From contig JAYSXP010000524.1 in the NCBI GenBank assembly GCA_043717125.1, positions 3,936 through 67,935 on the forward strand: 64,000 nt of DNA, in the 5' to 3' direction. Origin of the DNA: Polyangiaceae bacterium. GTDB taxonomy: Bacteria; Myxococcota_A; Polyangia; Polyangiales; Polyangiaceae. This document shows positions 51,091 through 60,540 of this stretch, one piece after another. Within the stretch, counting starts at the first letter, position 1. Each line of letters opens with the position of its first letter. Both the position numbers and the translations under genes were made by a program. The notes beneath the pieces are model-generated. The model had not been told where the DNA came from and did no database searches. It saw nothing but the letters and a program-made list of their open reading frames with translations.

Positions 51091-52660
51091 TCCGCAGACG
51101 ACCCACGTCATCGAGATCGAGACGGGCATCGGAGAGCCCGCCTTCATCCCGCTTTCCATGGGTCATGAGCTCCAGCCCATCAGCGTCGGCAAGAAGGGCA
51201 TGTGGCGGATCGAGTCGGCGCGCGTGCTCGACGTACACGCGTTCGTCTACTTCGACGGGTCATCGCTGTTCTTGCAGAGCGCGGACGAGCAGAACGCCGC
51301 GAGCGTCGACGGCTACCGTGTCGGCAAGGCGTGGACCGAATTGCATTCACCATGCAAGATCGAGATCGGCAACGCGCGCCTGCGGTATCGGTCGCTGATC
51401 GCGGACGCCGACAACCAGCCCACGATGATGGCGCAGGCGCCTCCCGTGCAGGCGGGTCCTGGCGGGCCCGGCAGCCCGCTCGGTGGTCCCGGTCCGAGCG
51501 GCTCGAGGCCCGGCGGCGGCCCGGGCGCCTCGATGCCCGTCGCCGGCGCGCCTCCGCCTCCAGCCGGCAGCGCTCCATGGCTCTCGTTTCCGAAGGCAGA
51601 GCGTCCCTTCAAGCCGGGGGAGTTCTCCTCCGCCTCGGATACGGACGAGTCGACGCGCATCGCTCCGCTAGATGCGACCGGCGGAGGTCGCGTCGCGTCG
51701 GGCTCTCATCCGAGACCCGCCGCGGGGCAACCGGGCGACGACTTTTCGACGCGCTCCGAAGCCGTGCGCGTGATGCGCGGACAGAGCGGTGCCGTGCCGG
51801 CGATCGGAGGCCCGTTCGACGGAACGGGCATGCAAGGAGCGCCCGGCAATCCGATGCAATTGGGCGCGTTCCCGCAGCAAGGCTACCCGCCGCCGCAGCA
51901 GCAGTTCGCGAACCAGTTGTATCCGGGCGCGGCCGGCTCCGGCCAGTACGGTGTCGTCTCCGGACCGTCCGGTATGCCCGGACCGATGGACCCGAGCATG
52001 CCGCCGCCGGGTGGCTACGGCTCGATGACGCCCTTGGGCGGAATGCATCAGCCCGGTGCACTGCAGGGCGCGACGAACGACGCGAAGAAGAACACGTCGA
52101 TCCCGAAGATCGTCGCAAGCCTCCTCTTCATCGCGGGCAGCATCCTTTATCTCGCCGTGGACGACGACCCGCAGCCCGCGAAGAAGAAGCCCGTCGCCTC
52201 GGCCGACGCCGGCTCGGTTGGGACCGGGGTCGCAGTTGGCAACGGTACCGGCGCAGCGCCAGCAGACGCGAGTGCCGGCACGGCCGTTCCCCCCGTGATG
52301 GGACAAGCCCAGACCGTCGCGCCGGCGTGGCCGCCGGGAGTCCCCTGCCCTCCGCCGAACTGGCCCCCGAACACACCGCTCCCCTGCATGCCGAACGGCA
52401 TCAGCAGCACGCCCGATCGAAACCCTCCCGACAGGGGTGGCAAGGACGGCGGCGCCAGGAGCAGCTCCGACAAGGATGCGGGCACGCTCCCGGCCGGCTC
52501 CAAGACGCTCGAGCGTCAGGCTGTCGACTACGTGGCCGCGGGCGAGATTGCGAAGGCTGCTGCGGCCTACGAAGAGCTCGTGCGGCGTGACCCGAACAAC
52601 AAGGTCTACGCGGAGGCTGCGCGCATCCTACGCGGCAAGCTCGACGCCGGTACGCCGTAG
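51083..52660 (+). CDS. FHA-like / Pro-Gly-rich / TM / TPR protein
   Basis: ISVGK...VLDVH...VDG...IEIG FHA-like N-terminus, low-complexity linker, TM (IVASLLFIAGSILYL), C-terminal AAYEELVRRDPNN TPR-like. Confidence 0.65.
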   Translation: MANPQTTHVIEIETGIGEPAFIPLSMGHELQPISVGKKGMWRIESARVLDVHAFVYFDGSSLFLQSADEQNAASVDGYRVGKAWTELHSPCKIEIGNARLRYRSLIADADNQPTMMAQAPPVQAGPGGPGSPLGGPGPSGSRPGGGPGASMPVAGAPPPPAGSAPWLSFPKAERPFKPGEFSSASDTDESTRIAPLDATGGGRVASGSHPRPAAGQPGDDFSTRSEAVRVMRGQSGAVPAIGGPFDGTGMQGAPGNPMQLGAFPQQGYPPPQQQFANQLYPGAAGSGQYGVVSGPSGMPGPMDPSMPPPGGYGSMTPLGGMHQPGALQGATNDAKKNTSIPKIVASLLFIAGSILYLAVDDDPQPAKKKPVASADAGSVGTGVAVGNGTGAAPADASAGTAVPPVMGQAQTVAPAWPPGVPCPPPNWPPNTPLPCMPNGISSTPDRNPPDRGGKDGGARSSSDKDAGTLPAGSKTLERQAVDYVAAGEIAKAAAAYEELVRRDPNNKVYAEAARILRGKLDAGTP

Positions 52661-52721
52661 CCGGCGCGCGGCGCGGACCCGCGCTGACGATTCGCGCGCC
52701 AGTGCGACGACGAGTGAAAGA

Positions 52722-53588
52722 TCAGCGCGCGAGTGCGTGATCGGGATAGCGACGGCGCAGAACGAGCTCGGCACCGGCCGCCTCGTCTGCGCGGCCGAGC
52801 GCACGCAGCGCGCGAGCCTCGAGGCCGAGCTCCTCGGGCTCGAGCGAACGCGTGCCGAGTCTGCGCGTCGCCTGCACGAGCGAGAGGGCGCGCGCGGCGT
52901 CGCCGGCGACCAGCGCATTGCGCGCGGCGGTGAGGAGCCGCGCCTCCTGACCGAGATCTCCCGCCGGGCTCGCCACGGTGTTCGCGTTCGGCTTGGCGTC
53001 GACCTTCGGCTTGGCGTCGACCTTCGCCCTCGCGTCGGCGATCGCCTTGGCGTCGACCTTCGCCTTGGCGTCGGCGATCGCGATTTCGTCGGCGTCGTCC
53101 TGAACTTCCATGTCGACAGCGGACGCGGTGCTCGCGGTGTCTTGGGCCGGCGCAACGAGCACCGCCAGCTTCGCGGCGGGTGACGCCGCCGTTGGCGCCG
53201 TGACCGCGCTCGCCGCTCGCGTGCTCGCGTGCGACGCATCGGGCGTCGAGGTCAAACCCAAGGTCATCGCCACGACGACACCGAGCGCGGAGCTGACGGC
53301 ACCGAGCGCGACGCCGAGCGCGAGCAGCTTGGAACCGATCGCGAAGGCGGCTGGCGAGGCGGCGGCGGCAGAGGTCGCCGCCGTGCCTGCAGACGTGGAC
53401 GCCTGCGCAGCAGCAGCGGCAACGCCCGCGGTGCTGACCGACGGTACGAGCGTGAGCACCGTGGCGCCGGCGGCGATCCCGGTCGACACGGCGATCTTGC
53501 GGAAGAGCGCGTCGCGATCGGTCGAGTCGGGACCGTCGTCGCGACCCGCGGCGAAGAGAGCACGCGCGTCGGTCGGGGGAGCGCTCAT
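52722..53588 (-). CDS. putative anti-sigma factor (TM + C-terminal TPR-like domain)
   Basis: Coupled to the ECF sigma gene (ATGA); TM; C-terminal LGQEARLL.AAR.AL..GD...AL...YP motif. Confidence 0.72.
   Translation of the reverse strand: MSAPPTDARALFAAGRDDGPDSTDRDALFRKIAVSTGIAAGATVLTLVPSVSTAGVAAAAAQASTSAGTAATSAAAASPAAFAIGSKLLALGVALGAVSSALGVVVAMTLGLTSTPDASHASTRAASAVTAPTAASPAAKLAVLVAPAQDTASTASAVDMEVQDDADEIAIADAKAKVDAKAIADARAKVDAKPKVDAKPNANTVASPAGDLGQEARLLTAARNALVAGDAARALSLVQATRRLGTRSLEPEELGLEARALRALGRADEAAGAELVLRRRYPDHALAR
52985..53080. repeat. about five 18-bp imperfect coding repeats (DAKAKV/DAKPKV)
   Basis: cttggcgtcgaccttcg(g/c) units encoding DAKAKVDAKAIADARAKVDAKPKVDAKP. Confidence 0.75.
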
Positions 53589-54277
53589 CGGCCTGCCTCC
53601 TCGTCACGCGCCGTGTCGGCGCTCGAGAGCCGCGCGAGCTCCGCGTCGAGGTCGACGCGCGCGACCCGAAGGCGCGAGTAGACAGTATTCAGGGGCAATT
53701 CGAGCGTGCGCGCGATCTCCGGCGCCGTCATCTGCTCGATCTCGTGGAGGACGAGGACGGCGCGACGTCCCATGTCGATTGATCCGAGCGCGCGGTCGAG
53801 CAAGTCAAGAGCCTGCTTGCGCGCGACCACCGCGGCCTGCGGAGCCTCGATCGACTGCCGGTCCTGGGCGATGCCACCGTCGGGATCGACGGGATGACGT
53901 CTCCGATGTCGCCGCGCATCGGACGCGACGCGGAGCACAATCTGGAAAAGCCACGCGCGCGGCCCGTGTCCGCGGTCGGCGAACTCCTCCCAGCGTCGGT
54001 GGGCTACGACGAACACTTCCTGACACTTGTCCTCGACGTCGCGGTCCATGACGCCGAGCCGGCGAAGGTTTCTCCACACGAACGCGACATGCGCGTCGTA
54101 GACGGTCCGGAACTGTCGAGCGCGATCGGCGCGGTCGGGCGACAGCTCGCGAGCGACGACGACGCTCTTGATGCCGCTTTCGGGGGCCTCGGGCGCAACG
54201 CGCGCGTCGGCGCACTCGAGGGCAGCGATGATCTCCGCAGAGCTGTGGAAAGAAACACTGTCGTATGCAGCGCTCAT
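53585..54277 (-). CDS. ECF-family RNA polymerase sigma factor
   Basis: FVWRNLRRLGV...VED..QEVF, RAWLF.I, RRAVLVLHEIE.M...EIA..L..PLNTVYSRLR.AR. Confidence 0.92.
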   Translation of the reverse strand: MSAAYDSVSFHSSAEIIAALECADARVAPEAPESGIKSVVVARELSPDRADRARQFRTVYDAHVAFVWRNLRRLGVMDRDVEDKCQEVFVVAHRRWEEFADRGHGPRAWLFQIVLRVASDARRHRRRHPVDPDGGIAQDRQSIEAPQAAVVARKQALDLLDRALGSIDMGRRAVLVLHEIEQMTAPEIARTLELPLNTVYSRLRVARVDLDAELARLSSADTARDEEAGR

Positions 54278-55368
54278 GGCAACCTCACGGAGACGCCGAT
54301 CTCGGCTGCGGCGAAGAGCAACGGAGGCTGGCCTCCGTCAGGGAGCAGAGGAGAGAGAAGAAGGTTCGCGCCAAGCAGCCCGCGCACTTCCAGCGCGACA
54401 CCCCACCCGAGCTCCCCACGGAGTGTCGCCGAAGGGCCCACACCGATGCGACCGGCGTTCGCGCCTCGTGCGGACGGTCCGGTTTGCGTCGTGACGACGC
54501 CGCCCTCCAGGCCGGCACAAAGGTCGGCCTCGATCCCGCGACGCTCGATGTAGTTCCCGGGGACGCGCCGGCAGATGTCGGCGCGGCCCGCGAGCTGGTT
54601 GATGACCGTGGGCGACGCCTGCGTCGACCGACCGACCGCCAGCGACGGCCGAAAGATCCACGCGTTCGCGAACTCGACGGCGATGAAAGGTGAGATGCCG
54701 CTCACTGCACCCGAAGCCATCGCCCCATTCCGCAGGTAGACGGTCGTGCCCACCTCGAACGCTCGTGGAGCACGGGTCGTCTCGATACCCTCGGCGAGCG
54801 ACGCCGTGTCGCGGGTGGGACGCGACCCTAAGGAGAGTGCCACAGCGGACGCCGCCGGCGAGCTCTCACCGCCGAGTGCCGGAGGAGGGGCCGTGGGCGC
54901 GCTCCCGTCGTCGTCCTTCGCGCGGAGCATCTCGGCGTCGAGGACGAGCGAAGCCCACGCGCCGACGGCGCGTGCGAGCGGCACGCAGGTGCGCGCAGTC
55001 CGGTCGGTCAGCGTCCTCTGCGCAACGATGGTGCCGGCGTCATCGACGATGACGGCCTCGACCGACGTGCCCGCAGGCTTCGACGTGGCGGGTCCGTCCG
55101 ACGCGCGCGCCGGCCCGACGCTCATCCTCACGGTCCAGTGGGCGAGCGACGAGGCAGGGCTGGTCGGAGGTGCCCCACGCGGGCGGCGGCCCCCATGAGC
55201 GGGGGCGCTGGCCGCGACCAGCGCCTCGCCCAGTGCGGCGCGCGCGCGGTCACGGTCCGAGCACTCGGCTCGATCCTCGACGACCATCTCGGCTTCGACG
55301 ACGACGGCTTCCACGACATCCACAGAAGCTGACGATGGCCGGTCGTGCGCGTCTCCGTCGCGCCACAC
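54274..55368 (-). CDS. hypothetical protein upstream of ECF sigma (possible outer-membrane beta-rich C-terminus)
   Basis: Coupled to the sigma gene (ATGA); C...C N-domain, C-terminal beta-strands ending IGVSVRLP; 5' end unclear, no signal peptide seen. Confidence 0.55.
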   Translation of the reverse strand: MWRDGDAHDRPSSASVDVVEAVVVEAEMVVEDRAECSDRDRARAALGEALVAASAPAHGGRRPRGAPPTSPASSLAHWTVRMSVGPARASDGPATSKPAGTSVEAVIVDDAGTIVAQRTLTDRTARTCVPLARAVGAWASLVLDAEMLRAKDDDGSAPTAPPPALGGESSPAASAVALSLGSRPTRDTASLAEGIETTRAPRAFEVGTTVYLRNGAMASGAVSGISPFIAVEFANAWIFRPSLAVGRSTQASPTVINQLAGRADICRRVPGNYIERRGIEADLCAGLEGGVVTTQTGPSARGANAGRIGVGPSATLRGELGWGVALEVRGLLGANLLLSPLLPDGGQPPLLFAAAEIGVSVRLP

Positions 55369-55758
55369 TGTGAATTTGCACTGCTGCTGAACCGATCCAT
55401 CGATGGAAAGGTACGCATGTACCCACGCTTTCCGCGTACCCGCGCGAGTCGTGGATCGGCGAGGAGGTGGTGGCTGGCGCCCCTAGGGGCGTAGGCGGTG
55501 GCCCCCTAGGACCTTCCATGATCCATGAGGGTGCAGGGGTTTGCGACGACGCCATCGAGGTCGAGACGCGACGCGGCCCCAGTGGAAAATCTCCGACGTG
55601 ATGTGCCTTGCGAAGCGCGAAAGAACGGCACCGGCGGATTTTTCGCGTTCGACCATGGTTGACGGCGCATCCATCGACGGAGGAGGACGGGATCCAGAGC
55701 GAACAAAACATACATGTAGGTTATCAATTTCCTTCAGGATTTCCGATGCTGCGCAACC

Positions 55759-55774
55759 TGGCCCGCGACCTGCT
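55759..55774 (+). promoter_or_regulatory. sigma54 (-24/-12) promoter of the cytochrome lipoprotein operon
   Basis: TGGCCC-gcgac-CTGCT with correct GG-N10-GC spacing, about 30 nt before the ATG; AT-rich TATCAA (IHF-like) tract upstream. Confidence 0.6.
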
Positions 55775-55802
55775 TCCTTCCTCGCGCTCGCGAGGAACTT
55801 AC

Positions 55803-56999
55803 ATGGCGAACAACCGTCTCACCGCACTGACTCTCGGACTCGCAATCGCCGCGGCAGGAGCGGCGTGCTCGGACGACGCTGCCGACAAGCTTGGCGGCCG
55901 TAATACCGGCGCCAGCAGCGGGAGCAGCGGCGGAAGTAGCGGAGCCAGCGGTGACGGGGGCCCAGGCTCGAATCCCGGCGGGCCCCCTGCCGAGGAGCTC
56001 CTGTTTCGCGCTGTAGAGCCCGATCTCAAGGCGAAGTGCGGTAACGCCTGCCACGATCTCGCCACGTACAAGCCCACTCCGCCCGCGTTTCTTGCGGGGC
56101 CTGACGCCTACAAGTCGATCAAGGCCGAGCCTGGCGCCATCGTCGCCGATTACTACCAGAGCAGCCTGCTCCAGAAGGGCTCTCACGCGGGTCCCGCCGT
56201 CGGCAGCGATCCGACGTTCGAGGCGAAGGTCATCGAGTGGCTGAAGATGGAATCCGCGGTCATCCAGAGCCAAAAGAAGCCGTCGACGGACGCCGTCGCG
56301 CTCGTCGCTGGCCCCAACGACCTCGACATGACGAAGGCGTGTGTCGGCGGCCTCACCGGCGTGCACCTGAAATTCGATGCTTCGCTCATCGGCGGCATCC
56401 TTTCGCTCAACAACATCAAGGTGGTGGCGGCGGCGGGCACCGACGTCCACGTCTACAAACCGAAGCTCATTAAAGTGCTCGCGAAGGCCAACGCGAGCCA
56501 GCAGACCGAGATCCCCGACGGTGCCGAGACCTTCTCGAATACCGATCAAACCGTGCCCGGCGGCGCCGAGACGGTGCTGGCCCCCGGCTCCGCCTTCATC
56601 ACGGCCGCAGGCTGGACGCCCTTCGATTTCGCGAGCGACAAGGTCCGTATCGAGGTCGAGAAGCTCGAGCCGGGCAAGGTGCAGGTCATCGAGGCCCCGA
56701 AGGTCTGCAAGAGCGTCGCGAACTTCACCGCGAACGTCCTGCCGAGCCTCCGTAACGCCGGCGGGTTCAACCTGAATTGCGCGGGCTGCCACGGCAACGG
56801 CCTCGCGGGGCTCTCGCTCAATGGCGCGGACCAGGCCGTCGTGTGCAACCAGGTCCTCGGGAAGCTGAACGCGGCCGACATCACGAAGAGCCTGATGATC
56901 ACCCATCTCGCGGCGAACGGCGGGCACGGCGGCGGCCCCATCACGGATACCGCCGGCTGGACGACCTTCTGGACGAACAACAAGGCCGTCTTCTACTGA
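55803..56999 (+). CDS. lipoprotein with two candidate c-type heme motifs
   Basis: Lipobox AGAAC; CGNACH (CX3CH) and CAGCH; downstream His in KGSHAG and GGHGGG as possible axial ligands; GAGGA RBS. Confidence 0.72.
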   Translation: MANNRLTALTLGLAIAAAGAACSDDAADKLGGRNTGASSGSSGGSSGASGDGGPGSNPGGPPAEELLFRAVEPDLKAKCGNACHDLATYKPTPPAFLAGPDAYKSIKAEPGAIVADYYQSSLLQKGSHAGPAVGSDPTFEAKVIEWLKMESAVIQSQKKPSTDAVALVAGPNDLDMTKACVGGLTGVHLKFDASLIGGILSLNNIKVVAAAGTDVHVYKPKLIKVLAKANASQQTEIPDGAETFSNTDQTVPGGAETVLAPGSAFITAAGWTPFDFASDKVRIEVEKLEPGKVQVIEAPKVCKSVANFTANVLPSLRNAGGFNLNCAGCHGNGLAGLSLNGADQAVVCNQVLGKLNAADITKSLMITHLAANGGHGGGPITDTAGWTTFWTNNKAVFY

Positions 57000-57074
57000 A
57001 GTTTTTCGGCGCGGCCGCTGGCTCGCTGATTGCAGCTCTACGATTCACTCATGTCGAAGAAAGGTAGGCAGACG

Positions 57075-58331
57075 ATGCGACTGCGAAACTCCGCGTCAAC
57101 GCTGGCTGCGTTCGGCCTTGCGGTCGCCCTCTCGGGGTGCGGTAGCTCCGAGGATCCGAACACGGTCAACAACGGCAGCAGCGGCGATCCGAGCAACCCC
57201 GGGTACAACCCGCCGGCAGGCGCGGGCACCGCGACGACCCCCAAGACACCCGAAGAGCAGGTCAGGCAGATCCTGGATGCGCGCAAGGCGGATTACGGCG
57301 AGGCCCTCCGCACCGCGAGCCTCAAGCTCCGCGACGCGCTCCCGAGCATGGCCGAGATCAAGACGATCGAAGCCGCTCCGGACGACGCCGCGAAGAAGGT
57401 CGCCTACGAGAAGCTCGTCGACGACATGCTCGCCGGCCCCGAGTTCACGCTCGTGATGGTGAAGTTCTGGAAGGACGCGTTCCGCACCGGTCAGGTCGGC
57501 GCGGTCCAGATGGGCGCCGCCAACCGCGACACCGCCGCGACGTTCGCCGCGCAGGTCGTCGTCGAGAGCCGCAACTACAGCGAGCTCTTCACGCAGACGG
57601 CCAACACCTGCCCGACCTACGATCCGGTCGCCAAGACGTTCACGCCGGCCGCGTGCGCAGCGGGCCCCGTGGCCACTCCGACCGCGGGCGTCCTCACCGA
57701 CCCCGGCCTGATGTCCCAGTACTTCGCGAACATGGCCTTCCGCCGCGTTCGCTTCATCCAGGAGACCTTCGCGTGCTCGAAGTTCCCCGCGGAGTACTCG
57801 GCCACGCCGAAGCCGCTCGGTAATGGCACGTTCACCGGCGCGTTCCCGTACGAGAGCATCACCGGCAAGGTCAACACGCCGACGGCGAAGATCGATTTTC
57901 AGGACACGTCGGCCGTCATCTGCGCGAACTGCCACGTCAATCTGAACCGCTTGGCGCCGATGTTCACGAACTTCGACGACAAGGGCTTCCTCCAGGCGGC
58001 CAGCCAGGTCGAAGTGCCGATCCCGGGTGCGCCGAAGGCGGCTCGCATCGACTACCTTCCCGCGGCCGAGGGTTACGCCTGGCGCGCCGGCAAGCCCGTC
58101 ACTGACATTCCGACGCTCGGCGCCGCCATCGCGGCGGACCCCGAGGTGGGTCGCTGCGCGGTCAACCGCGTGTGGAACTACGCGATGTCGCGCGGCGACA
58201 TCGTCAACGACCTCGCCACGATCCCGAACGCCGTCACCGACGGCTTCACCAAGGACTTCGCCGCGAATGGCGGGAAGCTCAAAGAAACCATCCGCGGAAT
58301 CTTCAAGAGCGAAGATTTCGTGAAGTTCTAA
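57075..58331 (+). CDS. heme-motif lipoprotein resembling planctomycete-type cytochrome DUF1549/DUF1588/DUF1585 proteins
   Basis: Lipobox LSGC; LRTASLKL...PS..E, VDDMLA.PEF, AGVLT, CANCH...APMFTNFD, C-terminal RCAVNRVWNYAM...F..NG..LK..IR.IF.S..F. Confidence 0.7.
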   Translation: MRLRNSASTLAAFGLAVALSGCGSSEDPNTVNNGSSGDPSNPGYNPPAGAGTATTPKTPEEQVRQILDARKADYGEALRTASLKLRDALPSMAEIKTIEAAPDDAAKKVAYEKLVDDMLAGPEFTLVMVKFWKDAFRTGQVGAVQMGAANRDTAATFAAQVVVESRNYSELFTQTANTCPTYDPVAKTFTPAACAAGPVATPTAGVLTDPGLMSQYFANMAFRRVRFIQETFACSKFPAEYSATPKPLGNGTFTGAFPYESITGKVNTPTAKIDFQDTSAVICANCHVNLNRLAPMFTNFDDKGFLQAASQVEVPIPGAPKAARIDYLPAAEGYAWRAGKPVTDIPTLGAAIAADPEVGRCAVNRVWNYAMSRGDIVNDLATIPNAVTDGFTKDFAANGGKLKETIRGIFKSEDFVKF

Positions 58332-58355
58332 AGCAGGGAAGGGAGTCAGAAAATC

Positions 58356-59057
58356 ATGAAACGCATTGCTCTCACCCTGATTGCCGTCGCAGGGGTCGCA
58401 CTCGCGGCCTGTAGCGACGGAACGTCCGACAGCCTCTCGAACGGCGGCGGCGCTGCTGGCGACCCGAACGGGACCGCCGGTAACGAGAACACCACGTTCA
58501 ATCACTCGAACGACCCCGGTGGCGCGGCTCCCGGAGCCGACTTCCAGCCGCCTGAGCCCGGCCAGGTCAAGCTGATCGGCTCTCCCGAGATCTCGTCGCG
58601 CCTCCACGCGTGCGGTAAGCTTTCGATCAAGTCGCTCGGCGACATCCTCACGAGTCGCGGCCTCACGGGCGGCGGCACGCGTCCGGCAGGCGCGCTCAGC
58701 GGCCAGGCGATCTTCAGTCAGGGCGCGACGGCTGCAGCCTTCGGTGGCGCCAACTACAACGGTCGCGTTCCGGAAGCGCCGTTCGCCTCCACGTCCGCCA
58801 TGGCGAAGATGTTCGATATCTTCACGATGGCTTCGTACGATGCGGTTACCGCGAACTGGACCTCGCCGGCATGTCCGGGTGTGAAGGTCCTCGGCGCCGA
58901 CGGCAAGTTCACTCAGGACGGTCTCACCTGCCTCATGGGCAAGACGGCTCACCCCGAGCATCTCGCGATCGCGAACGACGCCATCGCAAAGAACCCCACC
59001 GACGGCGCCAAGATCGCCATTGCTGCGCTGCTCTCCGCCGCGCACACCTGCCAGTAA
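58356..59057 (+). CDS. hypothetical Cys-containing lipoprotein
   Basis: Lipobox LAAC; TF.H, RLHACGK, TCLMG and terminal AAHTC. Confidence 0.72.
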   Translation: MKRIALTLIAVAGVALAACSDGTSDSLSNGGGAAGDPNGTAGNENTTFNHSNDPGGAAPGADFQPPEPGQVKLIGSPEISSRLHACGKLSIKSLGDILTSRGLTGGGTRPAGALSGQAIFSQGATAAAFGGANYNGRVPEAPFASTSAMAKMFDIFTMASYDAVTANWTSPACPGVKVLGADGKFTQDGLTCLMGKTAHPEHLAIANDAIAKNPTDGAKIAIAALLSAAHTCQ

Positions 59058-59069
59058 GGAGTTCGAGTC

Positions 59070-60461
59070 ATGGTCGACCAGCGATTGAAAGAGCTCCGTG
59101 GCCCGGGACGCCGTGAATTTCTCCGTTGGAGCGCGACGGTTGCAGCGTGTCTCGGTCTCGAGCGCGCCCGCTTCCTGAACGTGCTCGGCGATACGGCGGG
59201 CATTGCCGCCGCTGACACCGCAGCGTGTGCGAACACGAACCGCCTCATCAGCATCGTCGACGGCAACGGTGGCTTCTCGAACTGGACGCAGGTGTTCCCG
59301 TTCACGAAGGTGATCGGCTCGACAAACGCCGCGTATTCGCACTACGCGCTCGGCAAGGGCATCCCAGGGACGGGCTTCGACAAGCCGTGGACCCACGCAC
59401 CGGATTCCCCCTGGCAGACGAACTCCAAGTGGAAGATGTCGGCGTTCGTCGCGGGCAACAACGAGACGCACACGGCCGCGCCCGTCAGCGCGATCAGCCT
59501 CGGCGGGAACGGGATGCTGGCCTCGGCCGCGGCCATCCAGCAGGCGAACCCCACGCTGCTTCCGGTCCTCGCGGTCGGCGGCATCCAGTTCGGTGCAGCG
59601 CCGGGAGCTCCCGCCGTCGCGGCCGTCGGTGCAGCGAACCAGCTCGTCGATCTGTTCAACAGCGCGGCGTCTCGCGCGCTCTTGCAGCAGCCCGAGAATG
59701 GCGGACTCGCCGAGGCGTACTACAAGGCATTCATCGGCCTCAACGCGGCTGCAGGTCGGACGACGATCGCGAAGCAGTACGGCGTCGGCAAGGTCTCGAT
59801 GAACCTGCTCTCGAAGAACCTCGCGGCGCAGCTCACGCCAACCGCGAGCGATCAGGCTCTGTTCGGCCTCACCGGCACCACGCCGGGCGCAGTCACGAAC
59901 ATGTCGAACGCGATGATCACGACCGTGAAGGCCTTCTCTCTCGGCCTCACTTCGATGCTCGTCATGCGCGGCTTCAACAATGACCCGCACGGGATGTTCG
60001 CCAACGGCGACGCGATGGCGACGACCACCGCGGTGGCGATGGGCAAGATGCTCAACGGCCTTCACGACCTCGCGAAGTCGAAGGCGGACCCGTCGTGCTC
60101 GGCCAAGACGCTCGCGGACAGCATCGTGATGTCCATGAGCGGCGATACGTTCAAGGCGCCCTTCAACCGCAACGGCTGGGGCGACGGCACCCCGAACGGC
60201 TCGAGCCTCCTCTACGTCATGGGTGCTGGTCACCTCAAGACGGGCTGGTTCGGCGACATGGATCCGGCGGCCGGCGCGGCCGGCTGGGACCAGGCGAGCG
60301 GTGCCACGGGCGGCGCGTACACCGGTCGCGGAGCTGAGCTCGGCACATCGGCAGCGGCAGCGCTGCTCTTCGCGGTCTCGAAGGGCGACACCCGCCGCGT
60401 GCGCGACTTTTACAACGGCAAGCCGATCGATGGCGTGACCAACATCAACCTCACGGGCTGA
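59070..60461 (+). CDS. Tat-exported protein, DUF1501/DUF1552-like
   Basis: Twin-arginine GRREFLRW signal; AAGGAG RBS; ETH and NDPH His motifs; last gene of the operon. Confidence 0.62.
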   Translation: MVDQRLKELRGPGRREFLRWSATVAACLGLERARFLNVLGDTAGIAAADTAACANTNRLISIVDGNGGFSNWTQVFPFTKVIGSTNAAYSHYALGKGIPGTGFDKPWTHAPDSPWQTNSKWKMSAFVAGNNETHTAAPVSAISLGGNGMLASAAAIQQANPTLLPVLAVGGIQFGAAPGAPAVAAVGAANQLVDLFNSAASRALLQQPENGGLAEAYYKAFIGLNAAAGRTTIAKQYGVGKVSMNLLSKNLAAQLTPTASDQALFGLTGTTPGAVTNMSNAMITTVKAFSLGLTSMLVMRGFNNDPHGMFANGDAMATTTAVAMGKMLNGLHDLAKSKADPSCSAKTLADSIVMSMSGDTFKAPFNRNGWGDGTPNGSSLLYVMGAGHLKTGWFGDMDPAAGAAGWDQASGATGGAYTGRGAELGTSAAAALLFAVSKGDTRRVRDFYNGKPIDGVTNINLTG

Positions 60462-60480
60462 TCGTCATTCGCGAAACGAC

Positions 60481-60523
60481 CGAGAAACCCTCGCTTCGGC
60501 AAGAAGCGGGGGTTTCGCGTTTA
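60481..60523. terminator. intrinsic terminator hairpin between convergent operons
   Basis: GAAACCCTCGCTTC-ggcaa-GAAGCGGGGGTTTC followed by gcgtttat. Confidence 0.75.
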
Positions 60524-60540
60524 TAGCCGTCGCGAGGCGC

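Noticed and set aside
57096-60233. 1045-aa minus-strand ORF and many other long overlapping ORFs in the track
   Set aside because: Antisense or alternate-frame shadows of real genes, typical of high-GC DNA; Arg/Ala-rich with no motifs.
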